Shown one piece after another: positions 54,830 through 64,000 of a DNA stretch of 64,000 nt; position 1 is the first letter of the stretch; the number at the start of each line of letters is the position of its first letter. The DNA is from Octopus sinensis (Eukaryota): NCBI RefSeq assembly GCF_006345805.1, contig NC_043018.1:23064001-23128000 (forward strand), read 5' to 3'. The notes under the pieces were generated by a model, which was given only the letters and a program-made list of their open reading frames with translations, had not been told where the DNA came from and ran no database searches. The position numbers and the translations under genes were made by a program.

Positions 54830-54899
<70 letters not shown>

Positions 54900-54903
<4 letters not shown>

Positions 54904-55562
54904 CAAGGCCAAACAATTCACGAGAAAAATAATTCTCGAAAAATTAATTTGCTAAGATATTATTAAATTTGTTATTATCTGGAATGACTATTTTAAAAAA
55001 TAATAATAACAGAATCAATAATATAGGCGATTGCAGGACCAAGAAAAGCATTAAATAGCTGAAGGATTAAAATTAATCAAAGGACATACTAAGTATGTCT
55101 GCTTGCTGGAAATAACAGTCAAAACTCTTGTTATCATCATTTTTTATAATAGTCATTCCAGATAATGACAAAATTAATAATATCTTAGTAAATTAATTTT
55201 CGAGAATTATTTTTCTCGTGAATAATTGTTTGCCCTTGTATCGAGAGTATTTCCTTACTGGTGACTGTAATTGATTTCGGCGCAAAACGAATTAGTTGCG
55301 GCGCAGACTTCAAAACGATAGGTTGGGGGTCTCTATCATTGTAATGCGTACTGAAGAAGCTAAGGCGATATTTTTTTGCCAGTGCAGAAACCGGTCCACG
55401 TGACTCCAAATGGTTAAATGTACGTTGGGAGATTTTATTAACCTGATCTGCTTTCGGTTGGTTTCTGTAGTTGTCATCAGTGTTTTTTGCGATTTAAATA
55501 AGAGTTTTAACTGCTCTTTCCAGCAGGTAGACATAATTTGATTAATTTTAATCCTTCAGCTC
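54900..55562 (+). mobile_element. second hammerhead-bearing element with inverted permuted segment
   Basis: 54901-55015 is inverse to about 55125-55240, and 55058-55128 is inverse to about 55500-55560. Hammerhead motif at 55347-55400. Confidence 0.6.
55347..55400 (+). ncRNA. hammerhead ribozyme motif (canonical core, weak stems)
   Basis: CGUA-CUGAAGA-A-GC..GC-A-GAAA-CCGGUC/CACG. Palindromic stem III ACCGGU. Confidence 0.5.
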
Positions 55563-55745
55563 TGTGTGTGTATACATATATATGTATGTATGTATTTAAA
55601 GGGCTAAAAAACCACTATGTGGTCAGCCATATGCTAGAAGTAGATCACCTACGAACAAACTACAAAGAAAAGAAAAGAAAATTCAGCGGACACCAGAACA
55701 ATATGCGGGCAAGACAAATGAAAATTATATAAAAAACAAGAATTA

Positions 55746-55823
55746 ATCGCAGACCGGCGGCTTCGCCTATTAACGAATGAATCACTTACGTAATACCTCG
55801 TCCGTAGGGCTCGTCAGTGCGAT
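55746..55823 (-). ncRNA. type I hammerhead ribozyme motif
   Basis: AUCGCA-CUGACGA-GCC(long loop)GGC-GAAG-CCGCCGGUC/UGCGAU. 6-bp stem I, G10.1-C11.1, A15.1G deviation. Confidence 0.6.
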
Positions 55824-55905
55824 CGTTCCACAGGTAATATAATTTGTAAAACTAACCACCAGTTTTCCGTATAAAAACAGACACGTGCTTAGTTTCATAT
55901 ATGTA

Positions 55906-56189
55906 TGTATTGTGGCGAGAGTACAACACCCTCTGACGAGAATAGATGGTACCACTACATATAAATAGTAGCGGTCTGATGTGGTGGCAGTTCGTAGCTT
56001 GGTCTTCGAAGTCCAGGTACAGTTTACAGTTCGAGTTAGTGTGTTGGAAATATTGATCATTGGTTCGTTACGTGTTTGTTACTGCCGCTGTTTCTATTTT
56101 GAATTGTTGTAACACTGTTACAGTGTATTCTTCATCTGTCGCCGACAATATCAGCCGTACTACGATAATGGAGGCGTATGGATATAACA
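55906..56189 (+). mobile_element. candidate 5' LTR of the Gypsy element
   Basis: TGTATT...ATAACA with internal TATAAATA, immediately followed by PBS-like TCTGATGACGAGGA (decayed TGGCGACGAGG). No matching 3' LTR found. Confidence 0.5.
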
Positions 56190-57182
56190 TCTGATGACGA
56201 GGATTTTTCGAAGCTCACATAGGTTATTTGACAATTTATGAGTCGTATAAATTGTTAAATTATGGAGATCCTTATTAGCTGCAGTAATACAGCTTCAAGA
56301 GAAGCAACAGGAACAACTGCAGGAGTTGCAGAAGCAGATATTTTATTTCTTTACAACCCACAAGGGGCTAAACACAGAGGGAACAAACAAGGACAAACAA
56401 ACGGATTAAGTCGATTATATCGACCCCAGTGCGTAACTGGTACTTATTTAATCGGGCCCGAAAGGATGAAAGGCAAAGTCGACCTCGGCGGAATTTGAAC
56501 TCAGAACGTAACAACAGATGAAATACGACTACGCATTTCGTCCGGCGTGCTAACGTTTCTGCCAGCTCGCTACAACAACAACAACAGTTAACTGAGTTAC
56601 AGTCAAGGAAATCCGAAAATTCGTTAAGTTCGTTTACGCCAGACGGCGTGGCGAACTCGATTTCTGAATTCACTTATAATCCAGAGAAGAGTATTACGTT
56701 TTCTGCATACTATAGAAGGTACGAAGAAAATTTTAACAAAGATTGCAAGTGGTGGTCAGATGAGGAGAAACTGAGGTTATTACTACGCAAGGTAGCTCCG
56801 GCCGAGCATGAAGGCTACTGTAACTTTATATTTCCCAAAATGTCGAGTGAGATTGGTTTCCAAGAAACTAAGGAATTACTATCAAAGATCTTTGGTGACA
56901 AAAGTTCGTTATTTAACACTCGAATGGAGTGTTGGACTTAACAAAAAATGACGATGATGACTTTATTACATACGCCGGTGTAGTCAACTTTACTTGTTTC
57001 AGTCATTTGACTGCGGCCATGCTGGAGCACCGCCTTTAGTCGAGCAAATCGACCCCAGTACTTATTCTTTGTAAGCCTAGTACTTATTCTATCGGTCTCT
57101 TTTGCCGAACCGCTAAGTTACGGGGACATGAACACACCAGCATCGGTTGTCAAACGATTTTTTGGGGACAAACACAGACACA

Positions 57183-57224
<42 letters not shown>

Positions 57225-57232
57225 ACACACAC

Positions 57233-57308
<76 letters not shown>

Positions 57309-60300
57309 CACGACAGGCTTCTTTCAGTTTCCGTCTTCCAAATCCACTCACAAGACTTTGGTCAGCCCGAGGCTATAGCAGAAGACACTTGCCCAAAGTG
57401 CCATGCAGTGGGACTGAACCCGGTACCATGTGGTTGGCAAGCAAGCTACTTACCACACAGCCGTGAAAACTTTAAACTTCAGGAACTCATTCATGTTTAA
57501 ATCCCTTATCCATGTTTAAATCCCTTATCTTCGTACAAGGCCTTACGGCAGCTGAAGATAGAGAAATTCGGGCAAGAATTCTCTCAAAAATGAAGCAAGC
57601 AAACCAAGGCTTAACCCTACAGACTATTGCAGAAGAATGTCAAACAATGGTAAACCTGAAGCACATGACAAAAATTCAGTAGAAAGATTCTGCAAAAATA
57701 CAGATGCATCGACCCAGAAAGTACAACCAAAAAAGAGTACCAGGCCCCAATCCATGTTACAGATATGGAAGCCTACACTTCAGAAAAGAGTGTCCGTTTA
57801 AAAACCGAAAATGCTTTAGTTGTCAGAAACTTGGTCACAAGAGCTCACACTGCAGGACAAGGTTACGACGGTCGAACGCAAAAAGTTCTAAGGGGTTTCC
57901 AGCAGAAAGTGAATGAGACACAAAAACAAGAAAATTCGTACAGGTAAAAATAAATGGTGTAAATATTAAACTACAGTTGGATACGGGTAGTGATATTTCA
58001 ATCATAAATGCGGATACATAGAGAAAAAATCAGGAAACCGAGGTTACGTAAAACAGCGAAAATTGACGTGGAGTGACGGACGATAAATTACAATTCATGG
58101 GCGAAATGTGTACAGACGTCACATTTCGGGGAAAAACATGCGAAGCAAAAATATTCATTGTGGAGAATACAATCAATCTGTTTGGTACAGATTGGTTGAA
58201 GTTGTTTGAATTATGGCATCTCTCCATAAGTCTCTACTGCAGAAACATAAATGGTTGTCCCGTTAAAAATAAATCGTCTGAGGAATTGAAGAGAAAATTG
58301 AAAAAGGTGTTTCCTTAAGTACTATTGAAGGACTTGGATTTATGTAAAAGAAAACTGAAACCTGCTTTCAAGTAAGTGAAAACACTGTGCCGGTTTTTAA
58401 ATCTAACAGAAGAGTTCAGTTCGCGGCAATTGAAATTGTAAATGAATAGTTGGGCCAGAAAAAGGGGAAATCATCAAAAAGATGGATTACTCTAAGTGGG
58501 CGGCGCCGACGGTGTACAATTAGAAAGGAAAATAATAAGATTAGGCTGTGTGTCGATTTCTCTACAGGATCGAACGACTGCTTGAAGACATGCCACTCGA
58601 CTCCAGAGGACATTTTCGCAAAATTAAATGGTAGAAAAATTTGCTCCAAGTTGGATCTGTCTGACGCTTAGTTATTGATTAAAACAAGTGACAAATGCTC
58701 AAAGTATCTGACAGTAAATACATACAAAGGATTATACAGACATACCCGGTTGCCCTTTGGATTAACGGTTGTACCGGCAATATTTCAGCAAATTATGGAC
58801 GCCATGTTATCTGATTGTGAATTTGCGATCCCTTATTTGGACGATATATTGATTAAGAATAATTCGCGTGGACATCATGTGGATCATATAAAAGCAGTGT
58901 TCAAGAAAATGAAAGGGTACGGGTTCGCCTTGAGTGAAGAAAAATGCGAATTCTTTTTGTCTCAGGGCAAGTACTTAGGGCAAATAATTGATAAAAATGG
59001 TAAACGACCTGACCCGTCGAGGACAGACGCAATAAAGAATATGCCTGCTCCAACATCTACACCAACATTACAAGCGTTTCTTGGGCTGGCAAACTACTAC
59101 CAAAACAACATTCCTAACATGCATAAATTAAGAGCTCCATTGAATGACTTATTAAAAAAGGAAGTAAAGTGAAATTGATTAATTAAATGCCAAAACGCGT
59201 TTGAAGAAATAAAAAAAGTTCTAATCGCAGATTTGTCTCTAGCGCATTTCGATCCTGAAATGGACATTGTTGTAGCATCTAACGCTTCGGAGTACGGAAT
59301 AGAAGCAGTTTTGCTACACAAGTATAAATATGGAAGTGCGAAACCAATGATACATATTTCGCGCTCTCTGATAGCGGCAGAGGAAAAATGCAGTCAGGTA
59401 GGAAAAGAAGCCCTATCGATTATCTTTGCTGTGAAAAAATTTCACAGGTTTCTACGTGGTAGAAGTTTTCTGTTACAAACGGATCGTTGACCATTGCTAT
59501 CATTTATGGGTCAAAGAAAGGGTTACCTACCCATACAGCGAACCGACTACAACGCTGGGGGTATAATATTACTAAATTACAATTTCAAAGTGCAGTATAT
59601 TCCATCGAAAATTGGGTCATACGGACAGTCAGATGAGACTAATTACGGAACCACTAGAAGGTACCGTAATAGCCGCACTACAAGCAGAAAATGAAATTAA
59701 AAAAGTGTCCATGAACCTTTCCACCTGCCCATTTGACCTCGGGTGATAGGGTGGAGGGAAAATATGCTTCCATCGCATGCACAGAAGTTTTTGAATTGCG
59801 TTCCATTATCAGAAACTAACGCATCTGGAACACCGTATCGCGGGAACAATTCATGGAGGAACTTTATAGTTGTCTTAGCGGTTGGTTTATTGTACCTGCA
59901 TACCTCTGGCCACTTTGTGCAGCTGTCTGCCGATTAGATAGTAAGCACCGTTCACTGGTCCGGCATAGTCGATATGTAACCTAGGCCATGGGTTCTCAGT
60001 CTCCGGCCGCGATCGATATTCTACCGGCGGGGCTTTGGCCGCGAGAGCGCAACCTCGACAAGTTCTCACCAAACTTTTGATATCCCGGTTCATAGTTGGC
60101 CTATAGACGTAGCTCCTCATAAGAACTTTCATCCTCGACATTCCCGGGTGTCCGCTGTCGAATTGCTGCAATACACGTTTTTGTAATGTTTCAGTAATAC
60201 AACTCTTTGCACATACAGCAGAATATCGTCGCATATTGAGAAACTACTCGAATTTGTATTTTTATTCTGCTTATTTTTTAAAGCTTCTTTCATTTTTGTA

Positions 60301-61100
60301 ATATACTCATCGCTATAGATTTCATCCTTATATCCTGTGCAGTCACTGGCAGTTCTTGGATAACATTCGTCATTCTATGAACCGGGATATCAAAAATTTG
60401 GTGAGAACTTGTCGAGGTTGCGCTCTCGCGGCCAAAACCCCGCCGGTAGAATATCAATCGCGGCCGGAGACTGAGAACCCATGGCCTAGGTTACATATCG
60501 ACTATGCCGGACCAGTGAACGGTGGTTACTATCTAATCGGCAGATAGCTGTACAAAGTGGCCAGAGGTATGCAGGTACAATAAACCAACCTCTAAGACAA
60601 CTATAAAGTTCCTCCATGAATTGTTTCCGCGATACGGTGTTCCAGATGTGTTAGTTTCTGATAATGGAACGCAATTCAAAAACTTCTGTGCATGCGATGG
60701 AAGCATATTTTCCCTCCACCCTATCACCCGAGGTCAAATGGGCAGGTGGAAAGGTTCATGGACACTTTCAAAAGAGTGTTGAGAGAAGAACTAGGAACGA
60801 ATTAAGTAACGATGAAGCACTAATAAAATTCTTGAGGGTCTGTAGAGTAACCCCAATCCAAGTACAAATTCAGGAAAAAGTCACCTGCGGGGTTAATGTT
60901 CACGAGAAGAATAAAATCGATTTTTGATAAATTATCGTTAGAGGAAAAAAAGATGCAAAGGAAATATTTCGAAGTAGGGGATAAAGTGCATTTTAAAACC
61001 TACAGAAATGGTAAAGAAGACTGGGAGGATGGCCTTGTAACCAAAAAAATAGGGAGTATGATGTATTTACTTAAAGGACCACGCTGGGAACATTTATACA
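56190..61100 (+). mobile_element. decayed Mag-like Ty3/Gypsy LTR retrotransposon (gag-pro-RT-RH-IN)
   Basis: Gag FSAYYRRYEE..KLRLLLRK with two knuckles (CFSCQKLGHKSSHC), protease LQLDTGSDISII (about 57970), RT KLDLSDA and YLDDIL, RNase H EALSIIFAVKKFH, integrase HPGMSRMK..C..C, LHIDYAGP and PYHPRSNGQVER. SINE insertions at 56339-56570 and 56989-57462. Confidence 0.9.
59702..60768. repeat. 394-bp inverted repeat of the integrase region
   Basis: Arms 59702-60095 and 60375-60768, 9 mismatches by manual alignment, 279-bp spacer. Confidence 0.9.
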
Positions 61101-61311
61101 GTTCCTTTTTCTTGCTTTTTTGTCCAGCTGGGCATCCAACGAAAACCAGGCTCCTTGCCAAGCGGGTTTCGTAGGGTTTTCTATGCAACTGGCTGTACTG
61201 GGTTACATGTTACCAATAACACTAAAAGTGATCTGGTTTGAAAAGGGACAACTGGACGAAGTGATTTTTGCGGAGCTTGGTGAAGTCAACACATCTAAGG
61301 TAATCAAAGAA

Positions 61312-61546
61312 AGGCGGCGAGCTGGCAGAAACGTTAGCACGCCGGGCGAAATGCTTTGCGGTATTTCGTCTGCCGTTACGTTCTGAGTTCAAATTCCGCC
61401 GAGGTCGACTTTGCCTTTCATCCTTTCGGGGTCGATAAATTAAAGTACCAGTTACGCACTGGGGTCGATGTAATCGACTTAATACCTATGTCTGTCCTTG
61501 TTTGTCCCCTCTGTGTTTAGCCCCTTGTGGGTAGTAAAGAAATAAA
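61312..61546 (+). mobile_element. full-length SINE with 11-bp TSD
   Basis: TAATCAAAGAA at 61301-61311 and 61547-61557. Confidence 0.85.
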
Positions 61547-62089
61547 TAATCAAAGAAGGGGAGATAAATGAAATGGGATCGCTTGAGTAGAGGTGTCATG
61601 AAATCGTGGTAGCTCCGAGGAGTAGAGGTCGCTGAAGGAGCGACACAAAAAAGATAGAGAGTTGCTGTGTCTGTGGCCAGAACCTGATGTGTGACTGTGA
61701 GCGATTTTATGCTAATCGGTCACATGAACCTTTGAGAACAGCAACAGCAGCAGCCGTTCAAGAACTTGGACCTGAAGATCTCCATTTCCAGCGACTTCGA
61801 GGGTCACCTCCCAGTGGTGTCGGGCGTCAACGAAGAGCCCTCGACTACAAGACGACCAAAGTTTTTTTTTTTTCCAAGGTCTCGGGTCTCCCGCCCTTAA
61901 GCCCTAGACCATCACCTAATCACCCTTACCCGTCTTGTTGCTTAACAACAACAACGACAACATCAACAACAACAACATCAACAACAACAACAGCAACAGC
62001 AGCAGTAACAGCAGCAGTAGCAGCAGCAGCATCTCACGTGTAAGATCAATATCCCACTGTGGTTTTCATTTTAGTTTTATAGAGTATCA

Positions 62090-62365
62090 AAACGAACAGC
62101 TTTGTCAGGCAGCAAGTCAACAAATACGCAAACAGATAGGAGCCACTCCTTGCGCAGGTAAAAAATGACGACATCTTCCCTGGTACGGCCATGTATCCTG
62201 CCACAATTCCCTGTCGAAAACCATTCTTCAGGACACAGTTGAGGATCGGCGAAAGAGAAACAAACAGAGAAGGTCCTGGTTTGACACATCGAGGACTGGA
62301 CAGGTGACAAAACAGCGAATCTGCTACGCATAACAGAGAAAAGAGACCAGCGGCTGACTATTGAA
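62090..62365 (+). mobile_element. RTE-type LINE C-terminal fragment
   Basis: LPWYGHVSCHNSLSKTILQDTVEDRRKRNKQRRSWF..IEDWTG. Confidence 0.7.
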
Positions 62366-62687
62366 AGCTTCTAGAGTGACACCCCAACAACTGGCTGCAC
62401 CAGTTAATCCTTTAGCAATCAAATTATTTAGACAAATGTTCTGCCTATAAAGTCACATTGTTTTGAATTAATCCAGCTTTGTCTCGTAGCAACAAGATTT
62501 TGAGTACGTGTTTCTTTTATTTTTAGAATGACATTGTAAGATATGAGTGAGAGATCAGATCTGGCAAACTTGAACATAACACAAGGTTGACTATTTGAGC
62601 CCGATGTGGCCTGTTGAAACACTAAAGGGTTAAAGGATTTTGATGGGGATGACGAGAGTATCATTAATTGTTAGTGAACTTAAAGTA

Positions 62688-62867
62688 TTTGTAGATTTGA
62701 AAAGGGTCAGTCAGTTGGGTCTTTGTAGATTTGAAGAGAAGGGTCAGTCAGTTGGGTCTTTGTAGATTTGAAGAGAAGGGTCAGTCAGTTGGGTCTTTGT
62801 AGATTTGAAGAGAAGGGTCAGTCAGTTGGATCTTTGTAGATTTGAAGAGAAGGGTCAGTCAGTTGGG
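62688..62867. repeat. 37-bp minisatellite, 5 copies
   Basis: TTTGTAGATTTGAAGAGAAGGGTCAGTCAGTTGGGTC at 62688 (shorter), 62722, 62759, 62796 and 62833. Confidence 0.95.
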
Positions 62868-64000
62868 CAGTAGTCTGGATGTGTTCATGGCTGAGCTTTC
62901 GCCGGTCGAACTCCTCGCTTTCAGAGAGCAACAGTCCAATAAATAAAGGGAAAGTTTACGAAAATAAACAAAAGACGAAGGCAGGTGGTGTACAAACAAA
63001 CAGATGTATTAGTATAGCGCTCAGGAATAGAAAAAGTCTTTTACGTTTCGAGCCTACGCTCTTCGACAGAAAGATACACAGAAAAAAAACAAGGAGAGAA
63101 AAAAGTGCGTGTATGAGCTAACGATCTATCATGGCGTCCTCGATCCACAACCAGCACTTATCGAATTCATGTTACTCCTTTTATCGATGGAGATTGCAAG
63201 ATAATGAGATCTTAAGATTTTAGTTGGTTTCTGTTGTATTTTTTAATGAAATACACTTAATTTTGAAAAAAAAATCTTGCTTCTCACAATATAGGAACAC
63301 TTCTCATGGCTCCAACAAATAAAATGGAAAAAGCGCTGCCCTGGAGGATGGTGAGGGAGAGGCGCATCTTTATCTTTTTTTTTTTTTTTTACTTGTTTCG
63401 GTCACTGGGCTGCGGCCATGCTGGGGCACCGCCTTGAAAGGCTTAGTCGAATAAATCGACACCAGGACTTAATTTTTTTTAAAGCCTGATACTTATTCTA
63501 TCGGCTCACGTTTAACACACCGCTAAGTTACAGGGACGTAATTAAACTAACACTGGTTGTCAAGCGTTGGTGGCGTAAAAATCACACATGTATGTATGAA
63601 TATTGGCCAGTGGCTATAGTAGAAGACATTTGCCCAAAGTGATAAGCAATTAGAATGAACCGGAAACAATGTGGTTTAAGAGCAAAACTTCTAATTACTC
63701 AGCTATGCCTGTATCTATTGAAATTTTACGTGCAAATTTCTTTTTTTAATCCGTTCTAAGTCGAAACTGAAATTAGCAAGAAGGAAAAAAATCAATCCAA
63801 GGGAAACAATTCTAATTATTTATTTATAATTGTCTCCCTTGCTCCATACATGTATTCGCCACCATTTTCTTTTTTTATTTTGCTTCATATTTCGTTTTAC
63901 GGCAAACCGTAAATTCTAAGTGACTCGACATCAATCAGGAAATCTTTAAAACTATTCAAAATAAAAAGAGAAACGGAGCTCCGATTTAGTGGTCTTGAAG

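Larger units (their letters stand above)
53712..54832 (-). mobile_element. two tandem copies (584-bp period) of a hammerhead-bearing non-autonomous retroelement (retrozyme-like or Penelope pLTR-derived) in (TA)n
   Basis: Each unit is 1.33 copies of a 346-352-nt monomer (direct repeat 53719-53835 / 54071-54187) plus a 67-nt inverted segment (54188-54254 vs 54025-54090). Units are separated by (TA)n. Confidence 0.8.

Noticed and set aside
62688-62867. CRISPR-like array (also considered 38420-39180 and 50956-51016)
   Set aside because: Contiguous repeats with no unique spacers and no cas genes, in a eukaryotic context.

Overview
Eukaryotic, AT-rich, microsatellite- and SINE-dense genomic DNA. 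The repeat families look like those of octopus (coleoid cephalopod); that assignment is inference from pattern recognition, not a database hit. One host gene dominates: a 14-exon, plus-strand, six-domain multicopper ferroxidase (ceruloplasmin/hephaestin family), CDS about 10923-53082, about 1095 aa when spliced. All GT-AG phases are consistent, except for one frameshift in a G/A homopolymer in exon 4, and no membrane anchor was found. The rest is transposon-derived: a near-intact hAT (TIRs, 8-bp TSD) nested in an R4/Dong-like LINE, two 3'-truncated Tx1/L1-type LINEs, a near-full-length RTE LINE, Penelope-like remnants, a decayed Mag-like Ty3/Gypsy with a fold-back integrase duplication, MITEs and many tRNA-derived SINEs. 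Best leads: (1) a tandemly duplicated ~350-nt-monomer element carrying a type I hammerhead ribozyme, whose two copies differ by a compensatory base-pair change, within a 2-kb cluster of four hammerhead motifs; (2) a pre-tRNA-Val/SINE chimera inside a single 16-bp TSD; (3) the ferroxidase frameshift, its alternative 3' end and its Ala-substituted domain-2 T1 site. No CRISPR or rRNA.
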